Both the position numbers and the translations under genes were made by a program. The notes beneath the pieces were generated by a model. That model saw only the letters and a program-made list of their open reading frames with translations, did not search any database and had not been told where the DNA came from. 64,000 nucleotides of DNA from Saccostrea cucullata (lineage: Eukaryota), in NCBI RefSeq assembly GCF_032062105.1, contig NW_026925150.1:655-64654 (forward strand), read 5' to 3'. This document shows, piece by piece, positions 49,212 through 61,100 of this stretch. Position 1 is the first letter of the stretch; each line of letters opens with the position of its first letter.

Positions 49212-49661
49212 CACAAATAGTTGAAGTAACGGTGAGAGGAAAATACAGAAGAGGAAAATCTTCATCTCCAAGGGATCTTTATTTTCTCTTGTGACCATTA
49301 TCGTCGTTAATGCTAGCACATTTGCAAAAACTGGAAGTCCCGTGAATATTAGAGATAGAATGAAATTATCAATGCTGCTCTCACGCCAGTAAACGTATAT
49401 AATATTGATGTCACTTGCAAGATCAACTAGAAAAAAAACAATTGTTATCAGTGTCCACGAAATATGCTTCGAACTGTCTTTCCAATTTTCAGCATATATG
49501 CAGTTAACTTTTCCCTTGAATTTCTTTGACCAATAAATGTACGCTACAATACAGGTGATAAAAGTTACCGCAGCGACGGACGAGAATGTTATAATCAAGT
49601 CAATGGTAATAAACTTGAGGATTGAAGGACCTGTAATGAAAAAACAAAACATTTTCAACAT
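49212..49661 (-). CDS. XKR gene, exon 1 (ATG at 49661..49659)
   Basis: ORF 49209..49661(-): 'MLKMFCFF...TLITIVFFLVDLASDINIIYVYWRESSIDNFILSLIFTGLPVFANVLALTTIMVTRENKDPLEMKIFLFCIFLSPLLQLF(V)'. 'VDLASDI..Y' corresponds to the XKR 'LDLGTDLW..Y' motif. The proposed donor 'ttt gt|gtaagc' is in phase 2, which joins exon 2 in frame. My own base count and the ORF track differ by 1 bp inside the a-run near 49440, so this donor position may be off by 1. Confidence 0.55.
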
Positions 49662-49867
49662 GAATACCCATTAAAAAATAAAACTTTTTTTGAAAATCTA
49701 CATAGATGATATTTCATAGATTCCTTATTTACAAAATACTTGTTACCCAATATGAAGAAAAAAATGACGTTGTGCATGGTGTTGAATTACAACTTCCATA
49801 GAAAATGTAGAAATTAATCCATTCTGTTTTTTAAAAATCATATACATGTAGTTCGATATTTAAAGTC

Positions 49868-50095
49868 ATTTCAAAATAGAACTAGATGCTGTCATGAGAC
49901 AGTAATACCCGCACTAAGGTGTTTGCCTCTAAATACACACTCCTTCATATTGGGCTTTCCAAGGAAAAAGTCAAAATAATTCTATAACTAGATGCTGTCA
50001 TGAGACAGTAATACCCGCACAATGGTGTTTGCCTCTAAATACACACTCCTTCATATTGGACTTTCCAAGGAAGAAGTCAAAATAATTCTATAATT
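49868..50095. repeat. Two tandem ~115-bp units
   Basis: 'ctagatgctgtcatgagacagtaatacccgcac.a.ggtgtttgcctctaaatacacactccttcatattgg.ctttccaagga.aaagtcaaaataattctataa' occurs twice. Confidence 0.8.
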
Positions 50096-52727
50096 ATCAC
50101 CGTACATGTATTCGTCAAATTGAACATAAAATTTTCAGGTGACCATCTATGAGCCTCATATATGTATTTTGAATACTTAATTCATTACCAGTCTGAAATA
50201 ACAGAATTTAATTAATGATTGAAGTAAATTACTTAATTAGATTCAGATAAATATTTTGCCCATAATTTGGAACTTTTTAAATTTACTTTCTCAACGACAT
50301 AAAATATTATTTTAGTACAATGCGTTTTTGATGAATTTATCAAAATATGCAAACTGATTTTAGTACTTGGTCAGGAAAAAAACCCATTGAAAATACAACC
50401 CAATTAATTTGTCAATGCCTATCTCTCTCTCTCTCTCTCTCTCTCTCCCCCACCCACACACACACACTCTCTCACTCTCACATTTTTTAAAAATAGACCT
50501 AGATGGCAAAGTTATGTTAAAACATAGTTTATTATGATAGTTTGAAATTTGTTCATGTACTAAACAGTTTTACGTGTGAACATCTTATTTTCTACATTCA
50601 CATTGGGTTTGCGTCACCCATTATCATATTTATAGATATCACCTCTCGGCACACCTCGGCCGATTCATACTGGCAACGGAATCCGCAAAGGTTTGTCGAA
50701 TGAGATTATTTAGCACATGTTTGCTGATGATGCAGTGTGGTCAGTTAAAATCATTTGTGTTTTAATTGGATTATATGGATTATATTTCATGAATTCGTTG
50801 TCACGACCTGACATTCGGTAAGTACAAGATTTAGTATAGATTGCATAAAAATAAATAAATGCAAATGGTTAGGCTGAAGTTCAAAAAGGGTCAAAGATCA
50901 TCGCATGCCACAGTCGACAAATTTCACATTGTCAAGTTATCTCCCGTTGCGGACATTCAGTATATACAGGCGCAGATCCAGAATTTTTTTTTTTCAGAAA
51001 GGGGGGGTTCACACCTCAGTCAAAAAAATCAGCCCAAGATTTCCTGAGAAGCAAATGAAAAATAATAATAAAAACAATGATGGTGGAGTCCCTGTTTTCT
51101 AAGGGGGAGGATGTCCAAAGTCATTTTTATTCTCTACAGTACATAGTCTTATTTAAATAACTGCTAATTCCGGGGGTGGGGGGGGGTGTCTGATCTCCCT
51201 AGCCACTGACTCCCTGTACCTGAAATGACAATTGATCTTATGACTCCAAAATAGTAGAAAAATTTTTCATTTGACTATATATACATATTTTGTTTCCTAT
51301 GTTTATGTATGTTTGTCTCTCCACAGAAACTTTAACCTTGCCCATAAGTTTTAAGTGGATTGAGCTATACACATGGCTTCAATATTTCATAGGTAAATTT
51401 CTTTTGGCAAAACCTTTTAATGGGTACCACCAATTTTGACCTCTTGATCTCTTGACCTTGGAGTTTGACCCACTTTTACAAGAAAAATACCTTAAACTTG
51501 GCCTACGTTTTGAACAGGTGGTGCTAGGACTTTCATGCTCTAACATGTGTAATCATTGTGAACTTTCAACAGGTATAATTATTTTTGACCTAGACCTTAG
51601 AGTTGAACCCAATTTAACTTTAACCTTGGCAATAACTTTTGAACAGGTGAGGAAGTTCTAGGGATTTCTCTCTTCTTTCACATGTTTATTCCTTGTGACA
51701 AGACTTTCCCTTTGATACCAACAATTTTGACCCTTTGACCTTGACCTTGGAGTTTGACTTACATTTGAGAAACTTCAACCTTTGCCAAAAGCTGCCATAA
51801 CAGTTGCTGTCACAGCAAACAAACAAATTACTAAAAAAACACAGTATACATGTACATATTTTATATTCAACAGATATACATCTGGTCATATCTCTAGTTC
51901 TCCCTTGAATGAGACATGGTGATATAAATTTTAAAAAATAATCATGATAAGAGTTGAAAAGGTTGTGCATATTAAAATATACTAAGCTCTGCGGATGAAT
52001 TAGATATACCAGTTTAGCTTTATTTTGCTACCCAAAGCACCTTGATTAACTATTTATAAGCATACTGTTTTCTGAAATGTACTGATTTCTGTTGTACATC
52101 TGTTTGTCTGCAAACTTTTCACATTAACTTCTTAAGAACCACTGGGCCAATTTCAACCAATTTACATTTAAATATGCAGGGGACTTTTTCCACCATAAAT
52201 CTTCTTCTCAAGAACAGCAAAGACATTTATTGTCCCCCATTTTCGCTAAAGGTAGGGTACATTAAATCTCATTTGTTTTTCAATCTGCCCATCTGTCACA
52301 ATAAATTTAACCTTGGTCATATGGTCATATATTTTGAATGAGAAGAGACAGGACTTTTATATTAAACATGCGTATTAGTATTAAATGGGACAATACCATT
52401 CTAAATACACTATGATTTTTATTACCCATGACCTTGAAGTTTGACCTAATTTCATAAAGAAATTAATTGCTTTAAATTGATCATTTTGAAAGATAAATGA
52501 AAGGGCATTCATATTACCTGTGATAAGACCTTTCCAAATGTATCATGACTTTTTGACTCTGTGACCTTAACCTTGAAGTTTAACTTAGTTTTCATTAATG
52601 TTGTATTTCCTTTTCATTGAGAAGAGATTCGACTTTCACATTTCAAGTGAACATTACCCAAAACAAGATGTTTCCCAACATGCTATGATTTTTTACCCCT
52701 TGACCTTGATGTTTTAAAAAAATGAGG

Positions 52728-53293
52728 ATAAAGTATCAGTCACATTATCCAGCGATGGGATATACGATGAGAAACCGATGCGTTTTTTTGATGAAAATGG
52801 CGTGGTTGCCGGTCGGACACCACTAGTAATCGGACGGTGACTGAGGCCATTTTGCGAATCGGTGGGGTCATCGTTAGGAAATAATTCGTAGTTAAAATTC
52901 AGCGATGTCTCCAACGATGCCTCACATCGCTCCTCATCGGCAACTCATCATTAACAAATCTTTCAAGGATCGGCCGATGTATGGCCGAGCATCGTCCAAT
53001 TCCCGTTCAATCTGAGGTCATCGGGGGGTTGAGTGGTGTTCAACAGATAACGGCCGATCATCGGTCGATGTTCGACCAAACATTAGCCTGTAGTCGACCG
53101 ATGTACGAAAGATGTTCACCAATGTAAGAGCGATGTAATATACATCGGCCGATTATCCTGGAACATCGTTTTATGATTAGCGATGCATCGCTGGGCTTTT
53201 GTAAGTCCGGCCGGCAACCACGTCATTTTTATCATAAAACGCATCGGTTGCCCATCGTATACCCATGGCTGGATAATGTGACTGATACTTTAA
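52728..53293. mobile_element. ~570-bp TIR element (MITE) present only in copy 1 of the segmental duplication
   Basis: 'aaagtatcagtcacattatccagcgatgggatatacgatg' (52728-) vs the reverse complement 'catcgtatacccatggctggataatgtgactgatacttt' (-53293). The interior is rich in 'catcg/cgatg'. Copy 2 at ~56900 runs straight into the 160-bp array. Confidence 0.65.
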
Positions 53294-53389
53294 GGACTAC
53301 TTGGCCGAAGTGGACCGATGTTGGAGCATCGTTAACACCACAGATTACCACCGATTACCACCGGTCTACGGCTACCGGCCGGGAAATGT

Positions 53390-54440
53390 GACCTAGGCAT
53401 TAGACCACTGTTTAAAACGAAAAGGGAGTTTAGGGAAGACTGGGCTTTTTCCATAAAAAACGTCATTTTTTGACCCTCATTTGACCCCCCGGGCAAAATC
53501 ATAATTCCGAAACCTAACAGCACATCTACATGACCCCACCAACTATCTTCCAAAAGATGATTAGGCTGCTGAATAAAATGTAAGAGGAGTTCAGGGAAGA
53601 TGGGGCTTTTAGCATAAAAAACGTCATTTTTCGACCCCCATTTGACCCCCTGGGGCAAACTCAAAATTCAGAAACCTTAATACACATCTGCATGACCCCA
53701 CCAACCATCTCCCAAAAGATGATTAGGCTGCTGAGTAAAATGTAAGAGGAGTTCGGGGAAGACGGGGCTTTTTGCATTAAAAAAGTCATTTTCGACACCC
53801 ATTTGACCCCCCAGGGCAAAATCAAAATTCTGAAACCTTACTGCACATCTACATGACACCACCAACCATCTCCCAAAAGATGATTAGGCCCCTGAGTAAA
53901 ATGTAAGAGTTCAGGGAAGACGGGGATTTTTGCATAAAAAAACATCATTTTCGACCCCCATTTGACCCCCCGGGGCAAAATCAAAATTCCAAAACCTTAC
54001 TGCACATCTACATGACCCCACCAACCATCTTCCAAAAGATGATTAGGCTGCTGAGTAAAATGTAATAGGAGTTCAGGGAAGACGGAGCTATTTGCTTAAA
54101 AAACATCATTTTTCGACCCCCATTTGACCCCCTGGGGCAAAATCAAAATTCAGAAACCTTAATACACATCTGCATGACCCCACCAACCATCTCCCAAAAG
54201 ATGATTAGGCTGCTGAGTAAAATGTAAGAGGAGTTCAGGGAAGACGGGGATTTTTGCATAAAAAACATCATTTTTCGACCCCCATTTGACCCCCCGGGGC
54301 AAAATCAAAATTCCAAAACCTTACTGCACATCTACATTACCCCACCAACCATCTCCCAAAAGATGATTAAGCTACTGTGTAAAATGTAGGAGGAGTTCAG
54401 GGAAGAAAAGTGTGACAGACGGACGGACGGACGGACATGA
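53390..54440. repeat. ~160-bp tandem satellite (about 6.5 units) ending in (GACG)n
   Basis: Unit 'gaccccaccaaccatctcccaaaagatgattaggctgctgagtaaaatgtaagaggagttcagggaagacggggctttttgcataaaaaacgtcatttttcgacccccatttgaccccccggggcaaaatcaaaattccgaaaccttactgcacatctacat'. Tail 'gacagacggacggacggacggacatg'. Confidence 0.8.
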
Positions 54441-54489
54441 GTAACAACAATATACCGGAACTTTCTTTAGAAACTGCGGGTATAATTAT

Positions 54490-57400
54490 CACCGTACATG
54501 TATTCGTCTAATTGAGCATAAAATTTTCAGGTGACCATATGATCTATGAGCCTCATATATGTATTTTGTATACTTAATTCATTATCAGTCTGAAATAACA
54601 GAATTTAATTAATGAAGCCAATTACTTAATTAGATTCTGATAAATATTTTGCCCATAATTTGGAACCTTTTAAATTTACTTTCTCAACGACATAAAATAT
54701 TATTTTAGTACAAAGCGTTTTTGATAAATTTATCAAAATTTGCAAACTGATTTTAGTACTTGGTCGGGAAAAAAAACCCATTGAAAGTACAACTTAATTA
54801 ATTTATCAATGCCTATCCCCCCACACCATCACACACACACGCTCACGCTTTCTCTCTCTCTCTCTCTCTCTCACACATTTTTTAAAATAGACGTAGATGG
54901 AAAAGTTATGTTAAAACATCATTTATTATGATAGTTTGAAATTTGTTCTTGTACTAAACAGTTTTACGTGTGAACATCTTATTTTCTACATTCACACTGG
55001 GTTTGCGTCACATTATCATATTTTTAGATATCGCCACTCGGCACACCTCGGCCGATTCATACATATCTAATGAAGGAGACAAAATCGGCAAAGGTTTGCC
55101 GAATGAAATTATTTAGCACATGTATGCTGACGATGCAGTGTGGTCAGTTAAAATCATTTGTGTTTTAATTGGATTATATGGATTATATTTCATGAATTCG
55201 TTGTCTGGACCTATGACATTCGGTAAGTACAAGATTCAGTATAGATTGCATAAAAATAAATAAATGCAAATGGTTAGGTTGAAGTTCAAAAAGGGTCAAA
55301 GATCATCGCATGCCACAGTCGACAAATTTCACATTGTCAAGTTCTCTCCCATTGTGAACATTCAGTATATACAGGCGCAGATCCAGATTTTTTTCCGGAA
55401 AGGGGGGGGGGGTGTCACACCTCAGTCAAAAAAAAAATCCAGCCCAAGATTTCCTGAGAAGCAAATTAAAAATAATAATAAAAACAATGATGGCGGGGTC
55501 CCTGTTTTCTAAGGGGGGATGTCCAAAGTCATTTTTATTCTCTTCAGTAAATAGTCTTATTTAAATAACTGCAAATTCCAGGGGGGGGGAGGGTCTGATC
55601 TCCCTAGCCACTGAATCCCTGTACCTGAAATGACTCCATAATAGTAGAAAGTTTTTCCATTTGACTATATAATTATACATATTTTGTTTCCTGTGTTTAT
55701 GTCTGTTTGTCTGTCCACAGAAACTTTAACCTTGCCAATAAGTTTTAAGTGGATTGGGCGATACACATGGCTTCCACATTTCATAGGCTAACTTCTTTTG
55801 GCAAAACCTTTTAGTGGGTACTGCCAATTTTGACCTTGGAGTTTGACCCACTTTTACAAGAAAAATACCTTAAACTTGGCCTTAGTTTAGAACAGGTGGT
55901 GCTAGGACTTTCTAACATGTGTAATCATTGTGAACTTTCAACAGGTATAAATATTTTTGAGCTTGACCCTAGAATTGAACCCAATTTAACTTTAACCTTG
56001 GCAATAACTTTTGAACAGGTGAGGAAGTACTAGGGATTTCTCTCTTATTTCACATGTGTATTCCTTGTGACAAGACCAACAATTTTGACCCTTTGACCTT
56101 GACCTTAACCCTGGAGTTTGACTTACATTTGAGAAACTTCAACCTTTGCCAAAAGCTGCCATAACAGTTGCTGTCACAACAAACAAACAAATTACTAAAA
56201 AAAAACACAGTATACAACAGATATACTTTTGGTCATATCTCTAGTTCTCCCTTGAATCAGACATGGTGATATAAATATTTTAAAAATCATTATTTTAAGA
56301 GTTGAAAAGGTTGTGCATATTGAAATATACTAAGCTCTGCGGATGAATTAGATATACCAGTTTAGCTTTATTCTGCTACCCATAGCACCTTGATTAACAA
56401 TTTACAAGCATACTGTTTTCTGAAATGTACTGTTTTCTGTCGTCCATCTGTTTGTCTGCAAACTTTTCACATTCTTAATTTCTTAAGAACCACTAAGCCA
56501 ATTTCAACCAATTTACATGTAAATATGCACGGGAATTTTTCCAACATAAATCTTCTCAAGAACAGCAAGGACATTTATTGTCCCCCATTTTCGCTAAAGG
56601 TAGGGGACATTAAATCTCATTTGTTTGTCAGTCTGTCCATCTGTCACAATAAATTTAACCTTGGTCATCATTAAAACAGTTTTAAATTGATCATTTTGAA
56701 AGAGAAATGAAAGGGCATTCATATTACCTGTGAACAGATCATGACTTTTTGACTCTGTGACCTTGACCTTGAAGTTTAACTTACTTTTCAATAATGTTGT
56801 ATTTCCTTTTCATTGAGAAGAGATACAACTTTCACATTTCAAGTGTACATTACCCATAACAAGATGTTTCCCAACATGCTATGATTTTTACCCCTTGACA
56901 TTGATGTTTTACCAAAATTTCAAAAGAGTGAACTCTCCCAAAAGAGGATTAGGCCACTGTGTAAACTGAAATAGGAGTTTAGGGAAGACGGGGCTTTTTG
57001 CATAAAAAACGTCATTTTTCGACCCCCATTTGACCCCCGGGGCAAAATCAAAATTCTGAAACCTTACTGCACATCTACTTGACCCCATCAACCATCTCCC
57101 AAAAGAGGATTAGGCCACTGTGTAAAATGAAATAGGAGTTTAGGGAAGACGGGGCTTTTTGCATAAAAAACGTCATTTTTCGACCCCCATTTGACCCCCG
57201 GGGCAAAATCAAAATTCTGAAACCTTACTGCACATCTACTTGACCCCATCAACCATCTCCCAAAAGAGGATAGGCCACTGTGTAAAATGTAGAAGGAGTT
57301 CAGGGAAGATGGGGCTTTTTGCATAAAAAACGTCATTTTTCGACCCCCATTTGACCCCCCGGGGCAAAATCTAAATTCCGAAACCTTACTACACATCTAC

Positions 57401-58185
57401 ATGACACCACCAACCATATCTAGATGATTAGGCTGCTAAATAAAATGTAAGAGGAGTTCAGGGAAGATGGGGCTTTTTGCATAAAAAACGTCATTTTTCG
57501 TCCCCCATTTGACCCCCGGGGGCAAAATCTAAATTCCGAAACCTTACTGCACATCTACATGACACCATCAACCATCTCTCAAAAGATGATTAGGCTGCTG
57601 AGTAAAATGTAGAAGGAGTTCAGGGAAGAAGGGGCTTTTAGCATAAAAAACGTCATTTTTCGACCCCCATTTGACCCCCCGGGGCAAAATCAAAATTCCG
57701 AAACCTTACTACACATCTACATGACACCATCAACCATATCTTAAAAGATGATTAGGCTGCTAAATAAAATGTAAAAGGAGTTCAGGGAAGATGGGGCTTT
57801 TTGCATAAAAAACGTCATTTTTCGTCCCCCATTTGACCCCCCGGGGCAAAATCTAAATTCCGAAACCTTACTGCACATCTACATGACACCACCAACCATC
57901 TCTCAAAAGATGATTAGGCTGCTGAGTAAAATGTAGAAGGAGTTCAGGGAAGAAGGGGCTTTTAGCATAAAAAACGTCATTTTTCGACCCCCATTTGACC
58001 CCCTGGGGCAAAATCAAAATTCCGAAACCTTACTGCACATCTACATGACACCAACCATCTCCCAAAAGATGATTAGGCTACTGTGTAAAATGTAGGAGGA
58101 GTTCAGGGAAGAAAAGTGTGACAGACGGACGGACGGACATGAGTAACAACAATATACCCGAACTTTCTTTAGAAAGTGCAGGTAT
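54490..58185 (+). repeat. Copy 2 of the tandem segmental duplication (lacks the 570-bp MITE)
   Basis: See copy 1. Its 160-bp array is 56925-58140 (about 7.5 units). Confidence 0.8.
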
Positions 58186-59352
58186 TATAAATATATGTCA
58201 CACATCTAATGGAGGCATTATGGAGCTTAATCTGTATATTGAGCATGATACCAAAAATACCAAAACATTATAGGTAAGCAACATGTACGTGCCTCACGTT
58301 CGTACTCAGTACCGACCGTACACAACCCAACACCAGAGCAAACCCGAAGAGGACCCCGGATTCGCTTCACGGGTTAGCTCAGGGTCAGCTTCGGGTTGGC
58401 TTTCAGAAATTTTGGGACCGCTCTGGTATGGAAGGGAATTACCGTCAAAAGTCTATGTATCTTGCTTTTATTCTTATTCTGCCTACTTCTTTATGCTTTG
58501 TTGTTATTGTAATTATATGTCACTTTATTGTTTTCATATTCGTTTTTATTACATTTCACTTCAAATGACTTTTATCCTTCTTCATTTTGTCTTTACTTCT
58601 ATGTTGCTTTATTCTTGTAAATTCATTTTACTTTCTTTTAAATTGATACAGTTTCTTAAATGATTATAACTATTACGAACGTTAACTCAATCACGCAAAC
58701 AATGAAGCATATTCAATGAAGACGAATACAAGTTGTCCGAATTTAGTGCCGCATTATAACGCTAGGTGGCAGGGGTGTTCGCTAAGAGTGTTGGTAAAAT
58801 TAGGTAAGCAAACCCGTGCCGGGGTTATTCGAGATTTTTCAATTTTCTGCCTTAATACTTTATTAATCAAGCTTAAATTTTTTAAAGACTGATGTTTGTT
58901 ATAAGTCCAGGTATGTACCCGATACATGCCATTCCCTCGGAAGTCTCGCTAGATGGTAAGATTTCCCCTGGAAGACTGACTACATAGTGATGCTTCCTTC
59001 GGAAGACTATACAGTGGGACTCCCCCGGAAAAGTTTCAATATATAGCTAGTCTTCCGTGGGAAATCTCGCTATATATAGCAATTCGCCCCCATTCCTAGC
59101 AACCCCTCCCCCGAATAGTTTTTTTTTTAAATCGTAAAACAATGTTTATATATACTAACGTTTTCAGTTTTTGAAGAAAATTTATCTTCTAGTATATAGG
59201 TCCCTGGTTCTATATGAATAAATATTTAAATAATATCATTTTAATATTGTTTTAATATTGTTTTATAATTAAATCATTTTAACCATTTAGTTAAACATAG
59301 ATAATCTTCACGAGTACATATGGATAAGGACTCTTTCTCCCCCCTCCCCCCC

Positions 59353-59700
59353 CCCCTTGTTGCAGTCGCCCGCGTGGCACTGTGGTTACGGCGTCTGCTC
59401 TATACAGAGTCACGAAGTACAGTAGTAAGGAGTCGACCAGTACGTTGTGGGTTCCAATCCCACTATAGGATGTGGAGTTCGGTCCTTCGGATGAGATCTA
59501 GACCGTATTATCCAAGGTCCCGTGTCGCAGTAGGTGCTGGCACGAAAAAAGATCCCTCACTGCTCAATGGCTACAAGTGCCGAGTATATAGGACAAATTT
59601 GCAGCTCTCCACCGGCAAGAGGTGGTTTCTCCATTTGAGTGAAAAATTCTCGAAAAGGAAATTATACAATGTACAATCACCAAAGTCTCAATATATATAC
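59353..59700 (+). mobile_element. tRNA-derived SINE, full length, inside the inverted-repeat element
   Basis: Head 'gtcgcccgcgtggcactgtggttacggcgtctgctctatacagag...gggttccaatcccactatagg'. Body 'cttcggatgagatctagaccgtattatccaaggtcccgtgtcgcagtaggtgctggcacgaaaaaagatccctcactgc'. 3' end '...ggacaaatttgcagctctccaccggcaagaggtggtttctccatttgagtgaaaaattctcgaaaagg'. Confidence 0.65.
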
Positions 59701-60149
59701 TGACTTCCGGGTGGACGACCTCCTATGGGGTAAGTTTCATCGGTAGAGGGGAGGGTGGCCACGAAACATTTTCCTAAACGTAACTTTTTACTACTGGAAA
59801 AGTTCAGCGAAAGGCTTGTTGCCCCCCATCCCTTATCCCTTACACTTTTTGTTGCAGTACTAATAGTCAATTTATATATTAAAAGTCATGTAATTAGTGG
59901 CATATGAGTAAAATTTATTACTGAAAAAAGTTGACGACCCCCCCCCCCCCCACTTCACCACCACCAAATAGAATTTTCGAGTTTTAAGATTTTTTTAGCT
60001 CTCCTGGTTGATGACAAACACGGTGCGTACTAAAGATATTTCTTTCTTTATTGAAAAGTGCAATTCTAATATAAAATATTAACGCAGAAAAAAGACCGGG
60101 GTGTTTCTAGTATGCCTGGGTGCATTTAGTCTGGTTCAGACTTCGCCTT

Positions 60150-61100
60150 CCATGCGCGGATCTAGAGGGGGGGGGTAGGACCCCCTGGAATTAACAAGGT
60201 TACTAAAACAAAGAAAAAAAGTTAAACCCCCCCCCCCCACACACACGAAATAGAATTTTGACGTTTGAGCGAGTTTAGGTTTTTTCTTCCTATTATGCTT
60301 GTCAAGAAATTTCTGGGATTGGATTTTTTTTTACTTGGTTGCCCCCCCCCCCCCTGGAAAAAATTCTGGATCCGCGCCTGCCTACCCATAACGCTCCTCA
60401 CTCCTTTGCAAAGCCCTGTCCCTAGAATCACGCGCATCAGCAGTTACTATCTGTCGTGAAATAAAGTTCAGTTCAGTGGAAGGTTCTGAAAAACAACCCA
60501 ATTTATAAGGGTTAACTAGTATCAAAATATTTAACATTTTTACAACAATTAAACTGTAATTCAAATATCCAACAAATAACTTTAGTAGAGTTATATTTTT
60601 CAGGCGAGAGAACAGTGACGTAGCATCGTTTTTGAAAGTGGGGAGGGGGCAACAAGAGAATAAATATTCAAGCTACCCTGCTGAAAACAACTTGACAAGC
60701 GCAAAAAAAACGCTAGGAAATTGTCCAAACTTGAAAATACATAGGCGTCGGAACCGGGGAGGGGGGGGGGCTTAGCCCCCACTTCTTTCCAAAGATAGAC
60801 TTAGTATAGATATTGAACATTCCTGCGTGGGTTTAGCCCCCTCCCCCTTTCCATGGACACGATGCAGTAAAGGTTTAAAATGGGGAAAGTGGTGGTATTT
60901 GGAAAAAAAAAAAACTTTGGCACTGGAGTTCGAACCTTCAACCCACCCCCACCCCACCCCTTCTCACGAAATAGGATTTTTGTGTTTGGAAAATGGACAT
61001 GTTTTTTTTTTTTTGCTTGTCAGGTTTTTTTTTTTTGAAGGTCTAAAAAAATTCTTACACTTACCCCCCCCCCCTCTAACTTTCAATTAGCTTCCGACGC
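60150..61100. repeat. Two GC/poly-C-rich palindromic repeat units (60150-60380 and 60740-61100)
   Basis: 'gcgcggatctagaggggggggg' (60155) vs 'ccccccctggaaaaaattctggatccgcgc' (60350). 'ggcgtcggaaccggggagggggggggg' (60743) vs 'cttccgacgcc' (61088). A related 'ggcgtcggaaccgggggctatggggggggg' lies at 42180. Confidence 0.45.

Larger units (their letters stand above)
50090..54490 (+). repeat. Copy 1 of a ~4.4-kb tandem segmental duplication. It holds a (CT)n tract, two 125-bp satellite blocks and a 160-bp satellite array, plus a 570-bp MITE that copy 2 lacks.
   Basis: 50095-50470 matches 54495-54880 ('ttatcaccgtacatgtattcgtc...gtcaatgcctatc'). 50850-51110 matches 55255-55510 (ORF 'MQMVRLKFKKGQRSSHATVDKFHIVK'). 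51300-51800 matches 55700-56130. 52000-52690 matches 56340-56900. The 160-bp array 53390-54440 matches 56925-58140. Both copies end 'gtgtgacagacggacggacggacatgagtaacaacaatatac..gaactttctttagaaa'. Confidence 0.8.

Noticed and set aside
53332-57396. ORFs 53332..53664(-), 53677..53865(-), 56909..57091(-), 57088..57396(-) encoding repeated 'FDFAPGVKWGSKNDVFYAKSPVFPELL...'
   Set aside because: They lie entirely within the 160-bp tandem satellite arrays. The same peptide recurs with the array period, so these are repeat artefacts.
58283-58663. ORF 58283..58663(+), 126 aa, and ORF 61839..62027(-)
   Set aside because: Both lie within the two arms of the large inverted repeat as mirror-image sequence, are low complexity, and have no homology.
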